A stretch of DNA of 64,000 nt from Candidatus Poriferihabitaceae bacterium (GTDB lineage Bacteria > Pseudomonadota > Gammaproteobacteria > Arenicellales > Poriferihabitantaceae): assembly GCA_965237485.1 (NCBI GenBank), contig CBDEFQ010000003.1, positions 6,554-70,553 on the forward strand, read 5' to 3'. Position numbers and translations under genes: made by a program. Positions 1 through 8,929 of the stretch are shown here, one piece after another (position 1 is the stretch's first letter; each line of letters starts with the position of its first letter). A model generated the notes under the pieces. That model did not search any database. It was given only the letters and a program-made list of their open reading frames with translations, and had not been told where the DNA came from.

Positions 1-899
1 CGTGGTGTAGTGTCTGAACTTACTGAATCAAGAAAGTGTTGGCACTCATTTTTCAGCGGCTCGGACTGCGGTAATTCAATATATTCCGGCTCAGCTTTTA
101 TAGCTACTGGCCTTGTATCCTGCCAATCGACCGAGTGGGCGTATCTAGTTAGTTTTTGCTCCCATGGCAAGGTGTCATCGAAAACCAACATCGCCGATTC
201 ACCAACGATCACCAGTTTTTGCTCCTTAAATGGGTTAAGCCAAGATACGAAAATATGTGCACTAACATTATTTTCAAACCGCATTAGGCCTACCGCTTGA
301 TCAGCAATATTCGGGTTTAAATGATTGGCACCTTGGGCACTAACAGATAGTGGCTCTGAGCCAACTATACCTAAAATCATTGAGATATCATGTGGCGCAA
401 AAGACCACAAAACATTTTCTTCGCTTCGCAACAGACCCATATTGAGCCTATTAGAATACAAATAGCGCAATGCTCCTAGCTCACCAGCGTGAACCGTACG
501 CTTAATCTCAAGCACCATAGGGTGGTACCAAAGCAAATGCCCTACCATCAAAGTCAAACCTAAACTCTGCGCCAGCTCAATACATTTATGAGCATGAATA
601 TCATCCAGACACAAAGGTTTTTCTACATAAACATGTTTTCCTGCATTCAGCACTTGAACTATCAGTTCGAAATGAGTTTCTGCTGGTGTTGCGATAGAAA
701 CTGCTTCAATAGACAGTTCGGCCAAAACGTCCTCTAAATTAGCACACGTTTGCACTTCAGGATATTGCTCCTTGAAACTATCAAGTACCGTCTGACTTGC
801 ATCACAAATGGTGTGCAGAGCGCCCAACTGATGAAAATTTCGAATTAGATTTTTGCCCCAATAACCTACTCCAATACAGGCGATATTTCTCTTTCCCAT
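1..899 (-). CDS. Gfo/Idh/MocA-family NAD(P)-dependent sugar oxidoreductase (start in window, 3' end runs off the left edge)
   Basis: Reverse translation from ATG at 899-897 reads MGKRNIACIGVGYWGKNLIRNFHQLGALHTICD...VLNAGKHVYVEKPLCLD (Rossmann N-terminus plus EKP motif). I translated it open for about 100 codons. It is absent from the ORF track, which fits an ORF with no stop inside the window. Confidence 0.7.
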   Translation of the reverse strand, partial: MGKRNIACIGVGYWGKNLIRNFHQLGALHTICDASQTVLDSFKEQYPEVQTCANLEDVLAELSIEAVSIATPAETHFELIVQVLNAGKHVYVEKPLCLDDIHAHKCIELAQSLGLTLMVGHLLWYHPMVLEIKRTVHAGELGALRYLYSNRLNMGLLRSEENVLWSFAPHDISMILGIVGSEPLSVSAQGANHLNPNIADQAVGLMRFENNVSAHIFVSWLNPFKEQKLVIVGESAMLVFDDTLPWEQKLTRYAHSVDWQDTRPVAIKAEPEYIELPQSEPLKNECQHFLDSVSSDTTP

Positions 900-1192
900 T
901 TAGGTTTTATGCTTGTGTTATTTCGCGCGGGAAGGTACTAATTTCATGCAATCATGTCAAGACAAATAAAGGCAACCTAGAGTATTATGTCCCCCTCAAA
1001 CTTGACCGTTCTTTGAATCACAGCATGCCGTCCTATCTATACCCTAACATCACAGTTTTGATCCCGACCTTCAATGAAGAAGGATATATTACAGAGTGCT
1101 TGAATGAAGTGGACCCCATGATTAGGACAGGTTGAAGGCCAAAATAAGGAGTTATTTTCTGTTTTATAATTGTTCAAAACGAGGAACAGAAA

Positions 1193-1474
1193 ATGAGTAA
1201 AAAGCGTAGAAACCATGCCCCACAATTCAAAGCCAAAGTTGCTCTTGCAGCAATCAAAGGTGATGAAACATTAAGCAATCTTGCTAGTCGTTATGACATC
1301 AATGCAAATCTTATCGTCAAGTGGAAGAAACAATTGCTCGATAGCTCAGCTGAAGTCTTTGCATCAGGCACAGGCTTATCTCCAAACCGAGAATCAGAGA
1401 TTAAATCATTACAGGCAAAGATCGGTGAAATCACCATGGAAAACGATTTTTTATCAAAAGTGCTCGGTCATTAA
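1193..1474 (+). CDS. IS3-family transposase OrfA (HTH)
   Basis: 93 aa, MSKKRRNHAPQFKAKVALAAIKGDETLSNLASRYDINANLIVKWKKQL..., a typical IS3 OrfA with a leucine-zipper-like C-terminus. Confidence 0.85.
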   Translation: MSKKRRNHAPQFKAKVALAAIKGDETLSNLASRYDINANLIVKWKKQLLDSSAEVFASGTGLSPNRESEIKSLQAKIGEITMENDFLSKVLGH

Positions 1475-1494
1475 ACAGACCTGAGCGCAAAACT

Positions 1495-2319
1495 ATGATT
1501 AATAAAAGCAATAAACTATCGTTAGTTCGTCAGTGTAAATTGTTGAAGATTCATCGTTCCCATGTTTATTACAAAACCTCACCTGCTAATGAGGATGACT
1601 TGGAACTGATGCATCTGATTGATCGCATTCACCTCAATCGGCCCTTTCTTGGCAGTAGACGCATTCGTGATGTGTTGCAAGATGTAGGCCACCGAGTTGA
1701 CCGTAAACATGTGCGACGCTTAATGCGTAAGATGGGCATTAAAGCCATCTATCCTAGGCCTAACACCAGCAAGAAGAAGGCGGGGCACAAGATTTATCCT
1801 TATCTGCTAGGTGGGTTGGCCATCAATCAACCCAATCAAGCTTGGTGTACCGATATAACTTATATCCCGATGCCTAAGGGCTTTGCTTATCTTACCGTTG
1901 TGATGGATTGGTATTCTCGTAAAGTGCTGTCATGGCGGCTTAGCAACAGCATGGATAGCGCATTCTGCGTAGATGCTTTGGAAGAGGCACTGCATTACTA
2001 CGGCAAGCCTGATATCTTTAACAGCGATCAAGGTGCGCAATTTACCAGTGAGGCGTTTACCGGTGTACTCAAAGACAATGGTATTCGCATCAGCATGGAT
2101 GGCAAAGGTGCTTGGCGTGACAATGTATTTGTTGAGCGCTTATGGCGCAGCGTGAAATATGAGGAAGTCTATTTGCAAGCCTACCAATCGATGAAAGAGG
2201 CAAAAGACGGCATTGGCTCCTGGATAAACTATTACAACCAAGAGCGTAAACATCAAACATTGGGCATGGTCCCTGACATGATGTATGATCCATGTCGCGG
2301 CCTGAAATTGGCTGCTTAA
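1495..2319 (+). CDS. IS3-family transposase OrfB (DDE/rve catalytic core)
   Basis: 274 aa with NQAWCTDITYIP, FNSDQGAQFTS and RDNVFVERLWRSVKYEEVY motifs. It lies in the -1 frame relative to orfA. Confidence 0.9.
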   Translation: MINKSNKLSLVRQCKLLKIHRSHVYYKTSPANEDDLELMHLIDRIHLNRPFLGSRRIRDVLQDVGHRVDRKHVRRLMRKMGIKAIYPRPNTSKKKAGHKIYPYLLGGLAINQPNQAWCTDITYIPMPKGFAYLTVVMDWYSRKVLSWRLSNSMDSAFCVDALEEALHYYGKPDIFNSDQGAQFTSEAFTGVLKDNGIRISMDGKGAWRDNVFVERLWRSVKYEEVYLQAYQSMKEAKDGIGSWINYYNQERKHQTLGMVPDMMYDPCRGLKLAA

Positions 2320-3363
2320 TCAGCTGAAAATAACTCCTAAGCCATCTGTCCTAAAAAGCGGGTCCACTTCTGAATTCAATTCTTGGTGGCAACTATCCAC
2401 TTGAGAAAATGCAAATTTTTGTAATTGATGGTGGCAGTTTAGATAACACGGCACAAGAAGTCAAAAATCTATGTAACAAGCATTCTGAAATTGAGTTGCT
2501 ATTGAATCCAAAGAAAATAGTCCCAGTGGCAATGAATATTGGCGTCAACTCAGCTAGCCACTCTATCATCTTATGGCTAGGTGCACATGCAATATACGAT
2601 GAAGACTATATCACCAATTCTGTTCAGATTTTGATTTCAGAAAAGAGTGCATCTGTAGGTGGTGTTATCTCACCGCGCGGAAAGACAACTGTAGGTAAAG
2701 CCATAGCCGCTGCGACAACAAGTAAGTTTGGTATAGGAAATGCAAAATATAGACATGCGACACGGCGACAAAAAGTTGACACCGTATTTGGGGGATGCTG
2801 GTTAAAGACAAATATCGAAGCTATTGGAGGGTTTAACGAAGCTTGGGTTCGCAATCAGGACTATGAATTTAATTGTAGATTGCGCGAGAAAGTAGGACCC
2901 ATCATTTTAGATCCTAATATCCAGTGTAAATACTATTGTCGAGAAACCATTCAGTCACTAGGTAAACAGTATTTTCAGTACGGCTTTGGGCGATTCAATA
3001 CGCTTGTTCTACATCCTAACTCCTTTACTCTTCGCCAAAGTGCTCCTGTCACTTTATTTTTGGGCCTTATAGCTTCATTTGTGATGTACATATTGAATAT
3101 TGGCTACCCAACGATTCTACCCATAATTTATCTTACCGCTATCGTACTAGTCACGCTAAAATTAACCGTTATTAAAAGGAAACCTAGCTTTTTACTTTGG
3201 CTCCCTCTCATATTTCCCACAATTCATCTTTCCTGGGCTTGTGGCTTTATCGGAAATGCTTTCAAGCATCTATATAAAAATAAGCCAGGTCAAAAAAAGT
3301 CTGTAAATATTGAACTTTAAGCTTGCCTAAAGTAGTTCAACTACTATATCTTACCCTCCGCGT

Positions 3364-3450
3364 GCCGGGGTGGCGAAACTGGTAGACGCACTGGATTCAA
3401 AATCCAGTAGTAGAAATACTGTGCCGGTTCGATTCCGGCCCTCGGTACCA
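3364..3450 (+). tRNA. tRNA-Leu (anticodon CAA), CCA encoded
   Basis: GCCGGGGTGGCGAAACTGGTAGACGC... has anticodon stem CTGGA/TCCAG with loop TTCAAAA, a long variable arm, T-arm GCCGG-TTCGATT-CCGGC and acceptor 3' CCTCGGT-A-CCA. It closely parallels E. coli-type tRNA-Leu. The acceptor stem has G1-U72 and G5-U68 wobbles. Confidence 0.85.
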
Positions 3451-3603
3451 TATACCAGACAGTGTCTAACTCTTTAGAAACAACTAATCGTAAGACCACC
3501 AGTTTCACAATAATTGAAATTTTTCATGCGCGAACTTCATACCATTGATCTACACAACTCAGCTCCGTCTGGTCTAGAGATTAGGTGCCTAGCATATGTA
3601 TCA

Positions 3604-4997
3604 GAGTTATGCCTGAAAGTGGTGTATGGAGTAGTTGACTAAAAGCGGCGTATCGGGATGAGTTGAGTTTACAACAACTTAAACTTCCACAGACATACGC
3701 CACTATGAAACAGAATAAAATTATTTCCTTTGAAAAGCCAGAGCAAAGCATCGATCCGCTGCAAGAATTGATTCGCAATGGCGCTAGGCAACTCATTCAA
3801 ACCGCGGTCGAGAGTGAGTTATCTGAACTGCTGTATCGCAATTGTGACAAAGTCTCAGATTCAGGACACGCTGGTGTCGTTCGTAACGGCTATTTGCCAG
3901 AACGTGAACTGCAAACCGGGATCGGCCCAGTCAAAGTACGTATCCCCAAGGTGCGCTCCCGCACTGGAGTACCGATCACCTTTCGGTCTGCTTTAGTGCC
4001 GCCGTATGTGCGTAAAACGAGAACACTAGAAGCGGCCTTGCCTTGGCTGTATCTCAAGGGTGTCAGCACTGGAGAAATGGGGGATGCACTGAGCGTGCTA
4101 GTGGGTCAATCAGCGACTGGGTTATCATCAAGCACAGTGAGTAAGCTCAAAGCAACGTGGTCTCAGGAGTACAAGGATTGGAATAGAGAAGGTTTAGATC
4201 GAGATCGATGGGTTTATCTATGGGCGGACGGGATACACAGCGGCCTGCGCGGCGATGAGGGCCGGCTCTGTGCCTTAGTTGTCATCGGAGTGAATGAGCG
4301 CGGTCACAAGAAATTACTGGCGATTGAAGACGGTGAGCGAGAGTCTACGCAGAGTTGGCGAGAGGTGTTGTTGGCACTCAAGGAGCGAGGCCTGAATCAA
4401 CCAGAGCTGGGCATCGGTGATGGTGCTTTAGGCTTTTGGAATGCCCTGGAAGAAGTCTATCCTGGCACTAAACATCAACGGTGCCGGGTGCATAAAACGG
4501 CCAACGTGCTGAACAAGCTGCCTAAATCGGTGCAGCCCAAAGCAAAAGCAGCTCTGCATAACATTTGGCAGGAAGAAACCAAAGAAGCGGCGCAAAGCAC
4601 CTATCAATTATTCATTAAAACCTGTCAAGACAAGTATCCAAAAGCCACGCAGTGCTTGGAAAAAGATCGCGAAGAGTTAATGACGTTCTACTCGTTCCCT
4701 GCCAAGCACTGGATGAGCATAGGTACTACGAATCCAATTGAATCAACATTCGCGACTATCCGACACCGTACCAAACGATGCAAGGGATGTCTTAGCCGTG
4801 ATGGCATGTTAAGTATGATGTTCAAGCTGGGTCAGTGCGCAGAGAAAAAGTGGAACCGAATACGCGGGTTCGCCTATCTAGCAAAAGTGATTCAAGGGGT
4901 TCCATTTAAAGATGGAATAGAGCAAACTAATGACTACTCAGATCAAACCGAGGCCGCTTGAAGAAAATGCCTCATACACCAGATTCGGGCATAACTC
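3604..4997 (+). mobile_element. IS256-family element (IS256-a), copy 1, 1394 bp
   Basis: IRs GAGTTATGCCTGAAAGTGGTGTATG / revcomp GAGTTATGCCCGAATCTGGTGTATG. 9-bp direct repeat TATGTATCA at 3595-3603 and 4998-5006. It lies 153 bp downstream of tRNA-Leu. Confidence 0.9.
3663..4961 (+). CDS. IS256-family (Mutator-type) transposase
   Basis: 432-aa ORF; the true start is probably MKQNK at 3705. It carries family-typical blocks LYLKGVSTGEM, YLWADGI and QRCxVHKTANVLNKLPK. Confidence 0.9.
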   Translation: MSLQQLKLPQTYATMKQNKIISFEKPEQSIDPLQELIRNGARQLIQTAVESELSELLYRNCDKVSDSGHAGVVRNGYLPERELQTGIGPVKVRIPKVRSRTGVPITFRSALVPPYVRKTRTLEAALPWLYLKGVSTGEMGDALSVLVGQSATGLSSSTVSKLKATWSQEYKDWNREGLDRDRWVYLWADGIHSGLRGDEGRLCALVVIGVNERGHKKLLAIEDGERESTQSWREVLLALKERGLNQPELGIGDGALGFWNALEEVYPGTKHQRCRVHKTANVLNKLPKSVQPKAKAALHNIWQEETKEAAQSTYQLFIKTCQDKYPKATQCLEKDREELMTFYSFPAKHWMSIGTTNPIESTFATIRHRTKRCKGCLSRDGMLSMMFKLGQCAEKKWNRIRGFAYLAKVIQGVPFKDGIEQTNDYSDQTEAA

Positions 4998-5092
4998 TAT
5001 GTATCATTCCCGAGCCAGATTAGAAGTACACCAAACTTCAAGGCGCGATAATATTGATGATGACCTAGGCTTTCTTACACTCAAATTGTCCG

Positions 5093-5410
5093 CTAGTGCC
5101 TTTTAACTCTGGGCGAAATGGGTCGAAGCACGCGCCCATTGATGGCTTGTCTGAAAAAAAGTACCACATCTTGATTTTCATTTTTATCTAATGAAAACCT
5201 TTGATTAGTCGAAGATTCAAGTACGTTAATTTTCTTATTGCAGCTATTAACGACATTGTGCCGATAACCACCCGATATTTTTACTGCCGTTCCGAATGCT
5301 AAACAGTCAGTCGCAACTTTATCGGCTCCGCCAGACGAAGAGGAACTTGAATCACCGCACCCACCTGCACTTATTAGCACTGCTGCTAAGAATACTCTTC
5401 TCATAATCAT
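5093..5410 (-). CDS. Hypothetical lipoprotein
   Basis: 105 aa. The signal peptide has a lipobox-like LISAGGC followed by a Ser/Gly-rich linker. Confidence 0.5.
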   Translation of the reverse strand: MIMRRVFLAAVLISAGGCGDSSSSSSGGADKVATDCLAFGTAVKISGGYRHNVVNSCNKKINVLESSTNQRFSLDKNENQDVVLFFRQAINGRVLRPISPRVKRH

Positions 5411-5415
5411 CTTTA

Positions 5416-6786
5416 TTAGTTGGGCATACCGGGGAAGCCGCCTCCCCCTCCTAAACCCTTCATTTGTTGCATCATTTGGCGCATCCCGCCCTTTTTCTTC
5501 ATTCTCTTCATCATTTTTTGCATTTGAGTAAACTGTTTCAACATTCGGTTGACATCTTGAACTTGGCTCCCTGAGCCAGCCGCAATACGTTGTTTTCTAG
5601 AAGCTTTGATCACGGCAGGGAATACGCGTTCTTGCGCTGTCATCGAATTGATGATCGCAACGATACGACCAAATTCTTTTTCGCCCTGACCGATTGCCAC
5701 TTCTGGCACTTTATTCATACCGGGCATTTTTTCGATCATGCTGCTCATGCCGCCCATCTGTTCCATTTGCAGTAACTGATCTCTAAAATCATTTAGATCA
5801 AAACCCTTTCCTTTAACGACTTTTTTCGCTAAACGTTCGGCTTTCTTTTTATCAACTTTGCGCTCAACCTCTTCAACTAAGGTGAGTACGTCACCCATTC
5901 CTAATATGCGTGAAGCTACGCGGTCGGGGTGGAACGGTTCTAATGAATCAATTGCCTCACCTATACCTAAAAATTTGATCGGCTTACCTGTAACCTGCCG
6001 TATCGAAAGTGCTGCGCCGCCTCTGGCATCACCGTCTGTTTTGGTCAACACGATACCCGTTAAACTAAGGGCTTCATCAAAGGCTTTAGCACTGTTTACC
6101 GCATCTTGCCCGGTTAAGCTGTCCACTACAAATAAGGTTTCCGTGGGTTGCGTTGCGGCGTGTATCGCCTGCACTTCGGCCATTAGCTTTTCATCTACGT
6201 GCAAGCGGCCTGCCGTATCAACAATCAGTACATCCGCGCCATGGCACTTCGCTTGTTCAATCGCATTTTTAGCAATGGCAACGGGCTGCTGAGACTGCTC
6301 GCTTTCTACGAAATGGGCATCTACGGTGCTGGCGAGTTGTCTAAGCTGTTCTATCGCCGCAGGTCGGTAAATATCTGCGCTAACCACCGCCACTTTCTTT
6401 TTGTGTCTTTCCTTGAGCAAATACGCGAGTTTTGCAACTGTAGTAGTTTTACCTGCGCCTTGCAGGCCTGCAACTAGCACGACAACTGGTGCGCGCGCTG
6501 CTAAATTAAGTTCGCTATTTTCTTCACCCATGGTGTTGACTAATTCGTCATGCACCACTTTCACCATTGCCTCTCCCGGTGTTAGGCTATCAACCACTTC
6601 ATGACCGATAGCGCGCTCACGTACTTGTGTAATGAACGACTTAACGACGGGCAAGGCTACATCTGCCTCAAGCAAGGCTATACGCACTTCACGCATAGCT
6701 TGCTGGATATTATCTTCCGTTAAGCGCCCACGTCCGCGTATAGTTTTAAAGGTTTGCTTTAAGCGGTCACCGAGTTGATCAAACAT
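5416..6786 (-). CDS. ffh: Signal recognition particle protein Ffh
   Basis: 456 aa with an NG domain (GLQGAGKTTT, DTAGR, TKTDGDARGG) and a Met-rich M domain at the C-terminus. Confidence 0.97.
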   Translation of the reverse strand: MFDQLGDRLKQTFKTIRGRGRLTEDNIQQAMREVRIALLEADVALPVVKSFITQVRERAIGHEVVDSLTPGEAMVKVVHDELVNTMGEENSELNLAARAPVVVLVAGLQGAGKTTTVAKLAYLLKERHKKKVAVVSADIYRPAAIEQLRQLASTVDAHFVESEQSQQPVAIAKNAIEQAKCHGADVLIVDTAGRLHVDEKLMAEVQAIHAATQPTETLFVVDSLTGQDAVNSAKAFDEALSLTGIVLTKTDGDARGGAALSIRQVTGKPIKFLGIGEAIDSLEPFHPDRVASRILGMGDVLTLVEEVERKVDKKKAERLAKKVVKGKGFDLNDFRDQLLQMEQMGGMSSMIEKMPGMNKVPEVAIGQGEKEFGRIVAIINSMTAQERVFPAVIKASRKQRIAAGSGSQVQDVNRMLKQFTQMQKMMKRMKKKGGMRQMMQQMKGLGGGGGFPGMPN

Positions 6787-6860
6787 AGATTCGTTTTTTA
6801 CTGACTTAGTTAATTTAAGTTAAAAATAGTATACTGTCATTTGTTCGAGCAGTATTTCAA

Positions 6861-7685
6861 TTGATGCAAATTTCTCTTTCTTGGTTGTCCGCAGCAGTGT
6901 ATGCCGTCGCCTTATTTTGCCTTTGGCACCACACCGCTGATAACGCTGAAAAAAAGCCGCAGCTACGTGCGTTGGTCATTTCTTCAACGGTCATCGCCGC
7001 TGTCTTGCATGGTGCTGCATTATACTCAAACTCAACTTCAATTCAGGAGATTAGCCAATCTTTGACTGGGTCTTTTTCATTAGTTACATTAGCGGCGACT
7101 ATTGCGTTTATAGTGATCTCATTATTTACAAGAACGATCACATTAGGTTTAGCCATACTTCCGCTAACCATTTTAGCAATACTGGCTAACCTCTTGCTGA
7201 ATTTAGATTTTAATGAAGCGACCGTCCTCAACGCTAGCTTAAATTTACATTTGCTAGTTGCGACACTTACTTTTGCAGTACTAAGCGTTGCAGCCGCACA
7301 AGCTCTAATTATGATCATCCAGGAGCGCAGAATAAAGCAACCGAGTGCTCTAAACACCAATAGGCTATCCCTAAAGGCCTTCCCGCCTCTGCAAAGTATG
7401 GATAGCCAGCTATTTCAATTGCTATTTATTGGCTTTTGCTTACTTACAATCAGTTTATACCTCGGCGTAACCTCAAATATTAAGCTGCACGGACAAGCCC
7501 TTGTTTTTAGCCACCACATTATTCTCACTTTGCTTGCTTGGCTAGGCTTTGCCACTTTACTACTAAGCAGAGGCATATGGGGTTGGCGCGGGCACAAGGC
7601 CGCTAAAATGACATTGATAACCTATGTATTTTTAGTTTTAGGCTATTTTGGGACCCGCTTTGTACGCGAACTTATTTTGAGTTAA
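6861..7685 (+). CDS. Cytochrome c assembly-family inner membrane protein (YpjD-like)
   Basis: 274-aa polytopic membrane protein, divergent from ffh as ypjD is in E. coli. Confidence 0.6.
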   Translation: MMQISLSWLSAAVYAVALFCLWHHTADNAEKKPQLRALVISSTVIAAVLHGAALYSNSTSIQEISQSLTGSFSLVTLAATIAFIVISLFTRTITLGLAILPLTILAILANLLLNLDFNEATVLNASLNLHLLVATLTFAVLSVAAAQALIMIIQERRIKQPSALNTNRLSLKAFPPLQSMDSQLFQLLFIGFCLLTISLYLGVTSNIKLHGQALVFSHHIILTLLAWLGFATLLLSRGIWGWRGHKAAKMTLITYVFLVLGYFGTRFVRELILS

Positions 7686-7736
7686 GCGCTTAATGGCGTG
7701 CAGAGTTAATATTCTAGACAGCGAATATCACTACAA

Positions 7737-8228
7737 TTGAATACTATGGAACTAAAACAAAAAAACAGCAGCTTAACTTTGCTTTCTTTCATTGTACTAA
7801 CCTTGTGCGTCGTGCAATCGAGTACTGCAGCTAAACTTACATCGGAAGTTACAAGCTATTTAACAGCCAAGCAGATAGAAGGCGTGCCGGGTTACGAAAA
7901 CCAAAAAGATTTCACTTGCAGCGATCAAGTGTACTTAGTGATTGAAACTGCTGCTAATGAAGCCACAACAGCCACAGACCATCAGCTTTCGGTGATCTGG
8001 CACAACCCACACGGCAAAGTTGAACAACGCACCTTATATGACTTCACCCATTTTCGAGGCGGCTCAAGAGTGTGGGCATGGCTACGATTATCTGGCCCAC
8101 CTAGCGCAGCCATTGCGCGCTTATTTGACCCTGCTTTTGGCATGGGCGAATTTATAGGTACTTGGAGCGCAGAGGTTAAGATAGATCGAAAAAAGGTGGC
8201 GACCCATGAGTTTGAAGTGCTGTGTTGA
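7737..8228 (+). CDS. Hypothetical secreted protein
   Basis: 163 aa with an N-terminal signal peptide (LTLLSFIVLTLCVVQSSTA). No recognisable domain. Confidence 0.5.
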   Translation: MNTMELKQKNSSLTLLSFIVLTLCVVQSSTAAKLTSEVTSYLTAKQIEGVPGYENQKDFTCSDQVYLVIETAANEATTATDHQLSVIWHNPHGKVEQRTLYDFTHFRGGSRVWAWLRLSGPPSAAIARLFDPAFGMGEFIGTWSAEVKIDRKKVATHEFEVLC

Positions 8229-8242
8229 ACAAATCTTTATAT

Positions 8243-8929
8243 TTATAAAAGCGCTTTGGTGCTGACATTCGCCACATTGTCTCGCAAATAAACCGGCGCT
8301 ATGGTCGCGGCCGTCTTATAAAACTTGGTATCTACCCTCGCCGCCAATTCAGCCAATTGCTCCGCAGCAGGATATGCGTCCCAAATTATAGTTTGTGCTG
8401 TTACTTCAATCGGTAGTTGATTTTTGTAACTGTCACAACCACAGCTTACAACATCCATTCCATCTGATTCATTACCTACTTTGATTAATTCTGGGTTGGT
8501 CAAAAACAGTTGTATTCTCTGCCATTCACTGGGCTCGAGGTGTAGTGGGTTGCCAGAGTAGACCGCCCAATATATCTGCTTCATGCGGGCATCAATCATT
8601 GATAGCACGGGGCCACGTGCAGTAGTTTGTGCAGCCAATACCGCGAGAGAGTTAATACCTAAGATAGGAATGTTATCGCCGTACGCCAAGCCCTGCGCCA
8701 CGCCTACACCAATGCGAATTCCAGTAAACGACCCTGGGCCATTGTTAACCGCGATAAGGTTAATGTCAGACAAGGATAGTTTACTTTCGGCTAACACTTC
8801 ATCCACCATGTTGAGCAGCAACGCAGAGTGCTGATTGCCTTGAATCTTCATTCTTTGAACGCGTTCTTCAGCACACAGCAGCGCAACTGAGCAAGCTTGG
8901 GTAACCGTATCGATCGCCAAAATATTCAT
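8243..8929 (-). CDS. tsaB: tRNA threonylcarbamoyladenosine biosynthesis protein TsaB (YeaZ)
   Basis: 228 aa, MNILAIDTVTQACSVALL...VNNGPGSFTGIRIGVGVAQGLAYG. It is adjacent to yoaA as in enterobacteria. Confidence 0.9.
   Translation of the reverse strand: MNILAIDTVTQACSVALLCAEERVQRMKIQGNQHSALLLNMVDEVLAESKLSLSDINLIAVNNGPGSFTGIRIGVGVAQGLAYGDNIPILGINSLAVLAAQTTARGPVLSMIDARMKQIYWAVYSGNPLHLEPSEWQRIQLFLTNPELIKVGNESDGMDVVSCGCDSYKNQLPIEVTAQTIIWDAYPAAEQLAELAARVDTKFYKTAATIAPVYLRDNVANVSTKALL

Larger units (their letters stand above)
1105..2371 (+). mobile_element. IS3-family element (IS3-a), copy 1, 1267 bp
   Basis: Terminal inverted repeats TGAAGTGGACCCC.../...GGGTCCACTTCT. 3-bp direct repeat GAA at 1102-1104 and 2372-2374. 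orfA and orfB lie inside. Near-identical copy at 37112-38378. Confidence 0.9.
1025..3320 (+). pseudogene. Family 2 glycosyltransferase split by an IS3-type insertion
   Basis: MPSYLYPNITVLIPTFNEEGYITECLN (1025-1104) continues in frame after the IS as SILGGNYPLEKMQIFVIDGGSLDNT... (2372 onward, ORF 2409-3320). Removing the IS and one GAA copy restores ...ECLNSILGG... Confidence 0.8.

Noticed and set aside
10-300. 96-aa plus-strand ORF at the left edge, plus ORFs 797-1135 and 1037-1225
   Set aside because: The first is antisense to the Gfo/Idh/MocA oxidoreductase gene. The others span the intergenic region, the glycosyltransferase start and the IS end in mixed frames.
4470-4500. IS256-a copy 1 has QRCRVHKTAN where copy 2 has QRCWVHKTAN
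   Set aside because: This is a single substitution at a position I cannot show to be catalytic. There is too little evidence to call copy 1 inactive.
5858-6604. Antisense or overlapping ORFs inside ffh, with similar cases inside dnaJ (12920-13742), dnaK (14380-16011), carB (29337-31965), carA, dapB, yoaA and cas9 (46465-49405)
   Set aside because: They lie opposite or out of frame to long, strongly recognisable genes. They have low-complexity or Ser/Cys/Arg-rich composition typical of shadow ORFs.
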